A stretch of DNA of 64,000 nt from an uncultured Candidatus Rokubacteria bacterium (lineage in GTDB: Bacteria > Methylomirabilota > Methylomirabilia > Rokubacteriales > DASRDR01). Each line of letters opens with the position of its first letter. The first letter of the stretch is position 1. Both the position numbers and the translations under genes were made by a program. The stretch lies in contig CAWDVE010000018.1 in assembly GCA_963805625.1 (NCBI GenBank), forward strand, positions 1-64,000, written 5' to 3'. The notes beneath the pieces are model-generated. The model made no database searches, was not told where the DNA came from, and saw nothing but the letters and a program-made list of their open reading frames with translations. This document shows positions 41,024 through 50,911 of the stretch, piece by piece.

Positions 41024-42471
41024 CGCGGGGCAGGGTGCGGTCCGACACCTTCATCGACTCGGTGGCGCTCATGCAGGTCACGGAACGCGTCCGGGCGCTC
41101 CCCGGCGTCAGGGCGGCCGCCCTGGTGATGGCGACGGACCTGAACCGCCGGCTGCTCGACGAGACCGACCTCCTCCCCGCTGAGGCCAAGCGGGCCGGAT
41201 CGGCCGACCTCGTCATCACGGTGCGCGCGGAGACCGCCACCGCGGCGGACGCCGCTCTCGGTCAGGCCGAGGGATTCCTCGCCGCGCACCGGGGCGACCA
41301 GGGCCCGCACCGGAGCGAGCCGCCGCGCTCGATCGTCAGCTCGGCTCGCCGGCTGCCGGGGGCCAACGTCGCCCTGGTCTCGGTTCCCGGAGCCTATGCG
41401 ACGGCCGAGGCCCACCAGGCGCTCTCGGCCGGACTCCACGTGTTCTTGTTCAGCGATGGCGTGACGCTGGCCGACGAGATCGCGCTCAAGAAACGGGCCG
41501 AGACACGCGGGCTGCTCGTCATGGGACCGGAGTGCGGGACGAGTTTCCTGAACGGCGTGGGGCTCGGCTTCGCGAATCGCGTCCGGCAGGGACACGTCGG
41601 GCTGGTCGCGGCGTCCGGGACCGGACTCCAGGAGGTCGCGAGCCTGATCCACCGGCTGGGCGCGGGAGTCTCGCAGGGCATCGGTACCGGTGGGCGAGAC
41701 CTCCACGAAGCCGTGGGCGGGCTCGCCACGCTCCAGGTCCTGTCCTGGCTGGCCCGGGATCCCGAGACACACGTGATCGGACTCGTCTCGAAGGCCCCGT
41801 CGGCTGCCGTGGCCGAGCGGGTGCTGAAGGCCGCCGGCGCGTCCGGCAAGCCCGTGGTGGCGTACCTGCCCGGCTGGCGCGGGGCGACTCCGGCCGGTGT
41901 GCTGAGCGTGGCGACGCTCGAGGCGGCCGCGCTCGGGTGCGTCCGGGCGCTCGGGCGCAAGAGGCCGGGCTTCGACCGGCAGCGCGGGCGACGTCCGGGG
42001 CGCCCCCGCCCGGGCCAGGTGCTCGGCCTCTTCACGGGCGGCACGCTGTGTGACGAGGCGCGGACGATCGTCGGTGCTGCCGCGCGGGAGTTCATCGACT
42101 TCGGCGCCTCGGACTACACAGGGGGTCGGCCGCATCCGATCATCGACCCGAGTCTCCGGAACGCGGCCCTGGCGCGCGCCGGGAGCGATCGAAAGGTGGG
42201 AGTGCTGCTGATAGACGTGATCCTCGGCGACGGCGCCCATCCGGACCCAGCCGGCGCGCTCGCCGCCGCCATCGGCGAGGCGCGGACCCGCGCCCATCGG
42301 GGGCGCCGGACGCTCGAGGTCGTCGCGCACGTGGTCGGGACCGACGAGGATCCCCAGGGGCTCGCGAAGCAGGAAGGGGCGCTCCGGCGCGCGGGTGCCC
42401 GAGTCTGCCCGACGAACCGCCTGGCCGCCGAGCTGGCGCGAGACCTCGTAGGAGGACGCCGTGGCCGCTGA
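41017..42471 (+). CDS. fdrA: FdrA (AllF)-like protein, acyl-CoA synthetase alpha-like fold
   Basis: DSVALM, SVPGAYA, FSDGV, MGPECGT, ASGTGLQEV, GTGGRDL, GGTLCDEA, GRPHPIIDP. Confidence 0.88.
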   Translation: MVTRGRVRSDTFIDSVALMQVTERVRALPGVRAAALVMATDLNRRLLDETDLLPAEAKRAGSADLVITVRAETATAADAALGQAEGFLAAHRGDQGPHRSEPPRSIVSSARRLPGANVALVSVPGAYATAEAHQALSAGLHVFLFSDGVTLADEIALKKRAETRGLLVMGPECGTSFLNGVGLGFANRVRQGHVGLVAASGTGLQEVASLIHRLGAGVSQGIGTGGRDLHEAVGGLATLQVLSWLARDPETHVIGLVSKAPSAAVAERVLKAAGASGKPVVAYLPGWRGATPAGVLSVATLEAAALGCVRALGRKRPGFDRQRGRRPGRPRPGQVLGLFTGGTLCDEARTIVGAAAREFIDFGASDYTGGRPHPIIDPSLRNAALARAGSDRKVGVLLIDVILGDGAHPDPAGALAAAIGEARTRAHRGRRTLEVVAHVVGTDEDPQGLAKQEGALRRAGARVCPTNRLAAELARDLVGGRRGR

Positions 42472-43867
42472 GGGCGGGCTATTCGGCGCGGAGCTCAGGG
42501 TCGTCAGTGCCGGGGTCGATCTCTTCGCCGACGCGCTCGCCGCCCGCGGCGTCGAGGTCAGCCGCGTGGACTGGCGCCCGCCGGTCTCCGGCACGGCATC
42601 GACTCTCTGGCGAGACGAGGTCGACGCCGCCAACCGCGAGGCGCTCCGGCGACTCAGCGCCGCCCAGCCCGTCCTGATCGACGTCCGTCCGGCCCTCGAG
42701 GTCGTGCCCGGGATGACGCCGACGACGCTGCTCCACGCGGGGCCCCCGCTCCCGTGGGCGCGGATGAGCGGGCCGGTGCGGGGCGCCGTCATCGGGGCGC
42801 TTCTCTACGAGCGCCTCGCCGAGACGCCCGAGGAGGCCGAGCAGCTCGCTGCGTCGGGCGCCCTCGCGTTCGATCCCTGCCACCATCACGGCGCGGTCGG
42901 GCCGATGGCCGGGATCACGACGGCGCGCATGCCGGTCCTCGTGGTCGAGAACCGGACCAACGGCAATCGGAGCTACGCCACCCTGAACGAGGGGCTCGGC
43001 AAGGCGCTTCGCTACGGCGCCTTCGCGCCCGACGTCATCGAGCGGCTCCGGTGGTTCGAGGCGATCCTCGGACCGGCGCTCAGCGAGGTGCTCCGACGGA
43101 TCGGGGGTGTCGACATCCGGAGCCTGATCGCCCAGGCCGTCCAGATGGGAGACGAGTGCCACAACCGGAACCGGGCCGCCTCCGCGCTCCTCATCAAGAC
43201 GCTGGCGCCTCACGTGGCCGCCCTCGACCTCCCGCCGGCGGAGCGCGAGCGCATCCTCACCTTCGCGGCCGGGAATGACCACTTCTTCCTGAACGTGGGC
43301 ATGGCAGCGTGCAAGGCGGCGCTCGACGCCGCCCACGGCGTCCCCCGGAGCAGCATGGTGACGGTGATGGCGCGCAACGGCACCGAGTTCGGCATCCGCG
43401 TGAGCGGGCTCGGCGACCGGTGGTTCACCGGCCCGTCCGGGACGCCAGTCGGGCTCTACTTCGCGGGGTTCAGCGGGGAGGACGCCAACCCCGACATGGG
43501 CGACAGCGCGATCACCGAGACGGCCGGCCTCGGCGCCTTCGCGATGGCCGGCGCGCCGGCCATCGTCCAGTTCGTGGGCGGAACCCCGGCCGACGCGCTG
43601 GGCTACACTCGGCGCATGTACGAGATCACGCTCGGCGAGAGCGAGGCCTACCGGCTGCCGGCGCTCGACTTCCGGGGGACGCCGACCGGGATCGACGTCA
43701 GGCTCGTGCTCCAGACCGGGATCCTGCCCCAGATCAACACGGGCATCGCACACCGCCGCCCGGGGATCGGTCAGATCGGGGCCGGTCTCGTCAATCCGCC
43801 CCTCGCGTGCTTCGAGGCGGCCGGCCGAGCGCTGGCAGCCGAGCTGGCCCGAACGAGCCAGGCGTGA
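42461..43867 (+). CDS. DUF1116/YlbE (AllG)-like protein
   Basis: VDWRPP, LHAGPP, PCHHHGAVGPMAG, MGDECHNRN, ARNGTEFG, DMGDSAITE, INTGIAH. Confidence 0.88.
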   Translation: MAAEGGLFGAELRVVSAGVDLFADALAARGVEVSRVDWRPPVSGTASTLWRDEVDAANREALRRLSAAQPVLIDVRPALEVVPGMTPTTLLHAGPPLPWARMSGPVRGAVIGALLYERLAETPEEAEQLAASGALAFDPCHHHGAVGPMAGITTARMPVLVVENRTNGNRSYATLNEGLGKALRYGAFAPDVIERLRWFEAILGPALSEVLRRIGGVDIRSLIAQAVQMGDECHNRNRAASALLIKTLAPHVAALDLPPAERERILTFAAGNDHFFLNVGMAACKAALDAAHGVPRSSMVTVMARNGTEFGIRVSGLGDRWFTGPSGTPVGLYFAGFSGEDANPDMGDSAITETAGLGAFAMAGAPAIVQFVGGTPADALGYTRRMYEITLGESEAYRLPALDFRGTPTGIDVRLVLQTGILPQINTGIAHRRPGIGQIGAGLVNPPLACFEAAGRALAAELARTSQA

Positions 43868-43878
43868 GGGCAGGGGGC

Positions 43879-44703
43879 GTGAGCGCGCTCCGCGCCGCGG
43901 AGGGGGCCGCGCCGGCTCCCACACTGCCGGTCCGGCGGTGGCTCTCGTCATTCGCGGTGGCGGGGGCCCTCGTCCTTGCGTGGGAGGGGAGCAAGGCGCT
44001 GTTCGCGATTCCGCGGTACAAGCTTCCCCACGTCCACGAGATCCTCGGCGAGTTCGTCCGGGAGGGCGCGGACGGCACGCCCTGGCTCCTGATCATGGCC
44101 CACAACGCCGGGTACACGGCGCTCGAGAGCTTCGCCGGCTTCGCGCTCGGAGCCAGCACGGGCCTCGTCTTGGCCGTCCTCTTCGCGCGCTTCCGGCTGC
44201 TCGAGCGGGGCCTCTTGCCCTACGTGATGGTGTCCCAGACGGTGCCGATCCTCGCCGTCGCGCCGATGGTGGTCGTCTGGCTCGGCACCTCGTGGGTATC
44301 CAAGGCGGTGATCGCGGCGTACCTGACCTTCTTCCCGGTGACGGTCAACATGCTGCGGGGCCTCCGGGCGGTCGACCCGGACGCCCTCGCCCTCATGCGG
44401 GCGCTCGCCGCGACGCCGCGTCAGGTATTCCTGAAGCTCCGCTTCCCGGCCGCGCTTCCCTATCTCTTCACCGCGCTGCGGATCTCGGCGACCGCGAGCG
44501 TCGTCGGCGCGATCATCGGCGAGCTCCCGGTCGGGAGCCGGTTCGGGATGGGTGTGGTGATCATCAACGCGGCCCAGTACTACAACTGGCAGCCCGCGAA
44601 CCTCTGGGCGGCCATCCTGGTGTCGGCGCTCCTCGGGATCGCGTTCTACCACGCGGTCGCCGCCGTCGAGCGGCGCTGCATCCGCTGGCAGCCGACGACG
44701 TAG
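43879..44703 (+). CDS. NitT/TauT-family ABC permease
   Basis: QTVPILAVAP, FFPVTVN, KLRFPAALP, VGAIIGE. Confidence 0.88.
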   Translation: MSALRAAEGAAPAPTLPVRRWLSSFAVAGALVLAWEGSKALFAIPRYKLPHVHEILGEFVREGADGTPWLLIMAHNAGYTALESFAGFALGASTGLVLAVLFARFRLLERGLLPYVMVSQTVPILAVAPMVVVWLGTSWVSKAVIAAYLTFFPVTVNMLRGLRAVDPDALALMRALAATPRQVFLKLRFPAALPYLFTALRISATASVVGAIIGELPVGSRFGMGVVIINAAQYYNWQPANLWAAILVSALLGIAFYHAVAAVERRCIRWQPTT

Positions 44704-44706
44704 GCC

Positions 44707-45753
44707 GTGCCACACAGGACCCTGGCAGCGATTGTCCCGTTTACCAGGACCCGAGAGGCGAACGTCACGCGCTCCCGGTCGGCCGTTCTCCTCGCCCTGA
44801 CCCTGAGCCTCCTCGCTGCTCCGGTCGCCGCCCAGGTGCCGCAGTCCGGGCGAGTATCGCGGATCGGCCTTCTGTTCACGGGCTCGCCTCCACCCGAGTC
44901 CAATCGTGCGGTCGAGGCGTTACGACGCGGCCTCCGCGACCTCGGCTACGTGGAGGGTCGGACCATCCAGCTCGAGTACCGGTGGGCGCCGGAAGGTGGA
45001 TCCGATCAACTCCCTGGTCTGGCGGCTGAGTTGGTCCGTCTCGGGGTGGATGTCATCGTCGCCCAGACGAACGTCCACACCAGGGCGGCCAGCCAGGCGA
45101 CGTCGACGATTCCCATCGTGTTCGGCGCGGTCAGCGATCCGGTCGAGAGCGGTCTCGTGGCCGGCCTGGCCCGGCCGGGCGGGAACGTGACAGGGTCGAG
45201 CTTGCTAGCGCCGGAAGTCGTCAGGAAGCTGCTCGAGTTTCTCAAGGAAGCGGTTCCGGACGCCTCCCGGATCGCTGTTCTCGCAGATCCGGAGGGAAGC
45301 GTGCAGAGCCGGAAGGAGGCAGAGGCGGGGGCCCAGGTGCTGGGTCTGCGGCTTCATCGACTGGACGTGCGCGATCCGAGGGAGCTCGATCAGGCATTCC
45401 AGGCGGCCATGGCGGCCCGCGCCCAGGCCGTCATCACGATTCCGAGCTCCTTCTTTGCCCGACACCGCGGGCGCGTGGCGGAGCTCGCCCTGAAGAGCCG
45501 GCTCCCGGCGGTCTCCATCGAGACGGGATTCGCGGAGGCAGGCGGCCTCCTGTCCTATGGCCCGAACATTCCAGACAGCTTCCGGCGGGCTGCCCTCTAC
45601 GTCGACAAGATCCTCAAGGGCGCGAAGCCGGCCGACTTGCCCGTCGAGCAACCCACCAAGTTCGACCTGGTCCTCAACCTGAAGACCGCCAAGGCGCTCG
45701 GCCTGACGATCCCTCCCTCGGTTCTGGTGCGGGCAGATCGGGTGATCGAATGA
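44707..45753 (+). CDS. ABC substrate-binding protein (Tyr/Trp-binding DUF534-like family); start uncertain
   Basis: GLRDLGYVEG, DPVESGLV..LARPGGNVTG, GGLLSYG, YVDKILKGAKPADLPVEQPTKF. Confidence 0.88.
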   Translation: MPHRTLAAIVPFTRTREANVTRSRSAVLLALTLSLLAAPVAAQVPQSGRVSRIGLLFTGSPPPESNRAVEALRRGLRDLGYVEGRTIQLEYRWAPEGGSDQLPGLAAELVRLGVDVIVAQTNVHTRAASQATSTIPIVFGAVSDPVESGLVAGLARPGGNVTGSSLLAPEVVRKLLEFLKEAVPDASRIAVLADPEGSVQSRKEAEAGAQVLGLRLHRLDVRDPRELDQAFQAAMAARAQAVITIPSSFFARHRGRVAELALKSRLPAVSIETGFAEAGGLLSYGPNIPDSFRRAALYVDKILKGAKPADLPVEQPTKFDLVLNLKTAKALGLTIPPSVLVRADRVIE

Positions 45754-45791
45754 CCGTGCGCCTGCGTCTCAGGCGCGGGTAGGACGCACGC

Positions 45792-46595
45792 GTGGGGATC
45801 ATCGAGCTCGAGGGCGTGAGCAAGACGTATCCGAGCCCGGCTGGCGAGATGGAGGCGCTCCACGACGTCTCGTTCGCCGTCGAGCGCGGGGAGCTCGTCT
45901 CGCTGATCGGCCCGTCGGGATGCGGGAAGTCCACCCTCCTCCGGATCGTCGGCGACCTCGTCCCGCCATCGGGAGGCGCGGTCACCGTGAACGGGAAGCA
46001 CCCGGGGGCGGCGCGCCTCGACCGGGACTACGGTATCGTGTTCCAGGCGCCCGTGCTCTACGACTGGCGTACGGTGGAGGCCAACGTCGGCCTGCCGCTC
46101 GAGGTGATCGGCTGGCCGCGGCCGGAGCGCGACCAGCGGGTGCGGGCGCTCCTGCGGCTGGTCGGGCTCGACGCCTTCCGCCGCCATTATCCCTGGCAGC
46201 TCTCGGGCGGGATGCAGCAACGGGTCGCCATCGCGCGGGCGCTTGCGACCAATCCGGCGATCCTGCTCATGGACGAGCCGTTCGGAGCGCTCGACGAGAT
46301 GACGCGGGAGCGCCTGAACCTGGAGTTCCTGAACATCTGCCGCGAGACCGGCGCCACCGTGCTCTTCGTCACCCACAGCATCGCGGAGGCGGTCTTCCTC
46401 TCGACCCGCGTCGTCGTGCTAACCGCCCGACCCGGCCGCATCGAGCGGGTGGTGGACGTGGACCTTCCACAGCCCCGTAGCGAGAAGACGCGCGCTCTGC
46501 CGCGCTTCTTCGAGCTGGTCACTTTCGTGCGGGAGCACCTGGTCGAGGACCCCGCCCTGGCCGCCGCGGGGAGCCCCGCCAGCGAGGTTAGGTAG
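45792..46595 (+). CDS. NitT/TauT ABC ATPase
   Basis: GPSGCGKST, LSGGMQQR, MDEPFGALD, THSIAEAVFL. Confidence 0.92.
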   Translation: MGIIELEGVSKTYPSPAGEMEALHDVSFAVERGELVSLIGPSGCGKSTLLRIVGDLVPPSGGAVTVNGKHPGAARLDRDYGIVFQAPVLYDWRTVEANVGLPLEVIGWPRPERDQRVRALLRLVGLDAFRRHYPWQLSGGMQQRVAIARALATNPAILLMDEPFGALDEMTRERLNLEFLNICRETGATVLFVTHSIAEAVFLSTRVVVLTARPGRIERVVDVDLPQPRSEKTRALPRFFELVTFVREHLVEDPALAAAGSPASEVR

Positions 46596-46598
46596 CCG

Positions 46599-47369
46599 AT
46601 GCGACGCACGCGCGACTACGTGCCCGTCCTGGGGGTCTTCGCGCTCGGCCTCCTGTTGTGGGAGGGGTTCGTCTTCGCCTTCTCGATCGAGTTCTACCTC
46701 CTCCCGGCCCCGCACGTGATCGCGGCGACCCTCCGCCAGACCTACCCGGTCCTGCTGGAGGCGGCTCTCTACACGTTCGGCGAGGCGCTGGCCGGCTACG
46801 CCCTCGGCTGCGGTGGTGGCGTGCTGGTCGCCGCGCTGGCGAGCCGGTTCCCGGCGTTCGCCGGCGTCGTCCTTCCCTACGCGATCGCGTCGGCGTCGGT
46901 GCCGATCGTCGCGCTGGCGCCGCTGGCGATCGTCTGGTTCGGCATCGGCCCAGGCTCCAAGATCGCCATCGCGACCCTGATGACCTTCTTCCCGACCTTC
47001 GTCGGCACGCTCCGGGGCCTGCTCGGGGTCGACGCCCGGAGCCTCGAGCTGATGCGGAGCATCGCCGCCACCGAGTGGCAGGTGTTCTGGAAGCTCCGGC
47101 TCCCGCACAGCCTGCCTCACATGTTCACCGCGTTCCGGGCGTGCACCACGCTCGCGATGATCGGCGCGGTCGTGAGCGAGTTCTTCGGCGGCCCGATGAA
47201 GTCGCTCGGCGTGTACATCAAGAGCACGGCGAGTCTCTTCCAGACCCGCCAGTCGTGGTCGGCGATCCTCGTGGCCTGCGTGCTCGGGCTGACGTTCTAT
47301 CTGGCGGTGGCGCTCGTGGAGCGCCTCACCGTGCCGTGGCGAGTCGGCGAGGACCGCGCCGGCGCGTGA
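46599..47369 (+). CDS. NitT/TauT ABC permease
   Basis: VPIVALAPL, FFPTFV, KLRLPHSLP, IGAVVSE. Confidence 0.9.
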   Translation: MRRTRDYVPVLGVFALGLLLWEGFVFAFSIEFYLLPAPHVIAATLRQTYPVLLEAALYTFGEALAGYALGCGGGVLVAALASRFPAFAGVVLPYAIASASVPIVALAPLAIVWFGIGPGSKIAIATLMTFFPTFVGTLRGLLGVDARSLELMRSIAATEWQVFWKLRLPHSLPHMFTAFRACTTLAMIGAVVSEFFGGPMKSLGVYIKSTASLFQTRQSWSAILVACVLGLTFYLAVALVERLTVPWRVGEDRAGA

Positions 47370-47416
47370 ACGCCGCCCGGCGGTCGAAACTCCATGCGAT
47401 CTCGGAGGGACCGGCG

Positions 47417-48433
47417 ATGACGAGACAGAGGAACGGGACGACCTGGATCGCGCTGACCATGCTGGTACTGGCGGCGCTCCTGTGGCCGGGGTCGGCCGTG
47501 GCCCAGGCCACGAAGGTGCGGCTTCAGCTCAAGTGGGTGACCCAGGCCCAGTTCGCGGGCTACTACGCGGCCAAGCACCAGGGCCTCTATCGCGCCGAGA
47601 ACCTGGACGTCACCATCATCCCCGGCGGCCCGGACATCGTGCCCGAGCAGGTGGTGGCGGGCGGCGGGGCGGAGTTCGGGATCGACTGGTTGCCGAGTCT
47701 CCTGTCCGCGCGCGAGCAGGGCGTGCCGCTGGTCAACATCGGCCAGGTGTTCGCCTACAGCGGCATGCGGGAGCTCGCGTTCAAGACGTCCGGCATCAAG
47801 ACGCCGGCGGACCTCAAGGGCCGGAAGGTCGCGGTGTGGTTCGGCGGCAACGAGTTCGCCCTCCTGGCGACGCTCGCCAAGTACAAGCTCGACCCGCAGA
47901 AGGACCTCACGCTGGTCCAACAGCCGTTCGACATGAACCTCCTCCTCCAGAAGCAGGTCGACGCAGCGGCGGCCATGACCTACAACGAGTACAAGCAGGT
48001 GCTGGACGGGGGCGTGAAGCCGGAGGACCTGGTCGTCATCGACTTCAACGTCGAGGGCACAGCCATGCTCGAGGACGGGATCTTCGTCCGCGCGGACTGG
48101 CTCCGCGCCGGCAAGAACAAGGAGACCGCCGCCCGGTTCCTCCGGGCCTCCCTCAAGGGCTGGGAGTTCTGCCGGAACCAGGCGGCCGCCTGCGTAGACC
48201 TCGTGCTGAAGGAGAGCCCGGTGCTCGGCAAGCCGCACCAGGCCTGGATGATGGCCGAGATCAACAAGCTCGTCTGGGGCCCGCCCGCACCCAAGACGCC
48301 GGCGGGGAAGATGGACCCCGAGGCCTTCAAGCGCACCGCCGACATCGCGCTGAAGTTCGGCGTGATCAAGAAGCCCGCCGAGGCGTCCGCCTACACCCAC
48401 GAGATCTGGGAGCTGACCCGGACCCTCAAGTAG
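47417..48433 (+). CDS. NMT1/THI5-like substrate-binding protein (pyrimidine/nucleobase-type)
   Basis: Signal peptide; LQLKWVTQAQFAGYYAA, PGGPD, AMTYNE. Confidence 0.88.
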   Translation: MTRQRNGTTWIALTMLVLAALLWPGSAVAQATKVRLQLKWVTQAQFAGYYAAKHQGLYRAENLDVTIIPGGPDIVPEQVVAGGGAEFGIDWLPSLLSAREQGVPLVNIGQVFAYSGMRELAFKTSGIKTPADLKGRKVAVWFGGNEFALLATLAKYKLDPQKDLTLVQQPFDMNLLLQKQVDAAAAMTYNEYKQVLDGGVKPEDLVVIDFNVEGTAMLEDGIFVRADWLRAGKNKETAARFLRASLKGWEFCRNQAAACVDLVLKESPVLGKPHQAWMMAEINKLVWGPPAPKTPAGKMDPEAFKRTADIALKFGVIKKPAEASAYTHEIWELTRTLK

Positions 48434-48453
48434 GCTGACGGGGAGACCGGTTC

Positions 48454-49722
48454 ATGGACCTGGTGATCCGGGGCGCGCGCGTCGCGGGGTTCGATCGGCC
48501 GGTCGACATCGGCGTCCGCGACGGGCGCATCGCACGGCTCGCCCCGGGGCTGCACGACCGAGGGGCGGTCGAGATCGAGGCCGAGGGCCGGCTCGTGACG
48601 CCGGCCCTCGTCGAACCGCACCTCCACCTGGACGCCGTCCTCACCGAGGGCGAGCCGCGGTCCAACCGGAGCGGCTCACTGTTCGAGGGCATCGAGATCT
48701 GGGGCGAGCGCGTGAAGAGCCTCACGCCGGCAGACATCACGCGCCGGACCGACACGGCTCTCCGCTGGCTCCTGGCCCACGGCGTCACCCACCTCCGTGC
48801 CCACGTGGACGTGTGCGACCCGGCGCTCACGGCGGTGCGGGCGCTCCTCCAGGTCCGCGAGGCCTGGCGCGGCGTGATGGACATCCAGCTCGTCGCGTTC
48901 CCCCAGCAGGGGATCTACTCCTTCCCCGACGGCGAGAAGCTCATGATCGAGGCGCTCGAGCTCGGCGTGGACGTCGTGGGCGGCATCCCGCACTACGAGT
49001 GGACCCGGGAGTACGGGGAGCGGGACGTGAAGACCGCGCTGGCGCTGGCCGCACGCTACGGGCGGCCCGCCGACCTCCACTGCGACGAGACCGACGACGA
49101 CCAGAGCCGCTTCCTGGAGGTGCTCGCCGCCGAGACGATCCGCCTCGGCCTCCAGGGACGGGTGACGGCGAGCCATACCACCGCGATGCACTCCTACAAC
49201 AACGCCTACGCCTACAAGCTGATCCGTCTGGCGCGGGCCGCCGGCCTCCACTTCGTCACGAACCCGCTCGACAACTCCGTCCTCCAGGGGCGCTTCGACT
49301 CCTATCCGATCCGGCGCGGGTTCACGCGGGTGAAGGAGCTCCTCCGGGCTGGTGTGAACGTCGCCTTCGGCCACGACTCGATCATGGACCCCTGGTATCC
49401 GCTAGGGGTCGGCGACCCGGTCCAGTCCTGCTTCGTGATGGTCCACTACGGCCACATGTCAGGCCACGACGAGCTCGAGCAGATGCTCGACTTCGTGACG
49501 ACCCGGGCGGCCGAGTGCCTCGGCCTCCCGGACTACGGCCTCGCCGAGGGCCGCCGCGCAGACCTGGTCGTCTTCGACGCGCCGACGCCGGTCGACGCGG
49601 TGCGGACCCTGGCGGTCCGGACGGCGGTGGTGTCTCGCGGCCGCGTCGTCGCGCGGACCTCGCCGCCGCGGACCACGGTCACGCTGGACGGGCGCGAGTC
49701 GCCGGTGACGTTCCTGAGGTGA
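48454..49722 (+). CDS. codA: Cytosine deaminase
   Basis: EPHLHLD, NRSGSLFEGI, AFPQQG, GGIPHYE, HCDETDD, SHTTAMHSY, FGHDSIMDPWYPLG. Confidence 0.92.
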   Translation: MDLVIRGARVAGFDRPVDIGVRDGRIARLAPGLHDRGAVEIEAEGRLVTPALVEPHLHLDAVLTEGEPRSNRSGSLFEGIEIWGERVKSLTPADITRRTDTALRWLLAHGVTHLRAHVDVCDPALTAVRALLQVREAWRGVMDIQLVAFPQQGIYSFPDGEKLMIEALELGVDVVGGIPHYEWTREYGERDVKTALALAARYGRPADLHCDETDDDQSRFLEVLAAETIRLGLQGRVTASHTTAMHSYNNAYAYKLIRLARAAGLHFVTNPLDNSVLQGRFDSYPIRRGFTRVKELLRAGVNVAFGHDSIMDPWYPLGVGDPVQSCFVMVHYGHMSGHDELEQMLDFVTTRAAECLGLPDYGLAEGRRADLVVFDAPTPVDAVRTLAVRTAVVSRGRVVARTSPPRTTVTLDGRESPVTFLR

Positions 49723-49744
49723 GCGGGGTCGGGGGGATGGCCGA

Positions 49745-50071
49745 ATGATCTCGAGGCACTGGAAGGGCATCGCCAGGCCGGGGCAGGCAGAGCGGTACGT
49801 CGACCACCTCCGGCGCGACGTCTTCCCGAAGCTCGTGGCGATTCCCGGCTTCGTCCGCACCACGATCCTGAGGCGAGAGGTCGCCGACGGCACCGAGTTC
49901 CAGATCGTCACGGTGTGGCGCTCGCTGAGCGCCGTCGAGACGTTTGCCGGGAAGGATCCGGACGCCGCCGTCGTTCCGCCCATCGTCCAGGCGATGATGG
50001 CGGCCTATGATCGTGACGTCGTGCGCCACGAGCTGGCCGACAGCTACGAGCCCGTGGCACAGCCCCAGTGA
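49745..50071 (+). CDS. ABM-like dimeric alpha-beta barrel protein
   Basis: MISRHWKG, EFQIVTVW.SL, FAGKDPDAAVVP pattern. Confidence 0.7.
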   Translation: MISRHWKGIARPGQAERYVDHLRRDVFPKLVAIPGFVRTTILRREVADGTEFQIVTVWRSLSAVETFAGKDPDAAVVPPIVQAMMAAYDRDVVRHELADSYEPVAQPQ

Positions 50072-50883
50072 CCGGATCGGGGGGCGGCGCTGGCCCGGCG
50101 CGACGGCGCGCGCCCCGGAGCAGCGAGCTCCGCGGCTGGCTGGTGTTCGGCGTGGTCGCCCTCGCCGGCTGGGAGGCGGCGTCGCGACTCTACGCCCAGC
50201 CCTACCTCCTCCCCGCCCCGTCGCAGATCGCGCGGGAGCTGGGCGAGAACTGGGAGCTCGTCCTCGCCTATGCCTGGATCACCACCCAGGAGGTCGTGGT
50301 CGGGTTCACCCTCGGGGCGGTCGTGGCGCTCCTGGCCGCCATGCTCTTCCTGTGGCTGCCCGCATTCCTGGAGGACTTCCTCTACCGCGTGATCGTGACC
50401 CTGAACAGCACCCCGTTCGTGGCCCTGGCCTCGCTGGCGGTGGTCTGGTTCGGGCTCGGGATCACCAGCAAGATCCTGATCGCGGGGATGTACACCTTCT
50501 TCGCGGTGCTCTACACGACCCACAAGGAGTTCATCTCGATCGAGCCGATCCGCGAGCAGCTCATGGACGTCTACGGCGCGACGTGGTGGCAGCGGATCTT
50601 CCTGCTGAAGGTGCCCTCGGCCCTCCCCATCGTGTTCGTGAGCCTGAAGGGCGGCGTGATGGCGGCGGTCAACGGCGCGATCGTCGGCGAGCTGTTCGGG
50701 GCCTTCGAGGGGCTCGGCTACATGATCCTGGACTCGCGGTACGTCGGGAACACGGTGCGGGTGTTTCTCGCGGCCGTCTTCTGCACGCTGATCGGCTGGC
50801 TCCTGCTGGGCGTGGTTGCGCTGGCCGAGCGGGCCCTGCTACCGTGGCACGTGAGCATGGCGCGCGATCGGGGCGCGTCTTAG
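50068..50883 (+). CDS. NitT/TauT ABC permease
   Basis: LLPAPSQI, WFGLG, KVPSALP, GAIVGELF, GLGY. Confidence 0.88.
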   Translation: MTGSGGGAGPARRRAPRSSELRGWLVFGVVALAGWEAASRLYAQPYLLPAPSQIARELGENWELVLAYAWITTQEVVVGFTLGAVVALLAAMLFLWLPAFLEDFLYRVIVTLNSTPFVALASLAVVWFGLGITSKILIAGMYTFFAVLYTTHKEFISIEPIREQLMDVYGATWWQRIFLLKVPSALPIVFVSLKGGVMAAVNGAIVGELFGAFEGLGYMILDSRYVGNTVRVFLAAVFCTLIGWLLLGVVALAERALLPWHVSMARDRGAS

Positions 50884-50911
50884 AGCCATCAACGAAAAGG
50901 AGGACACGACG

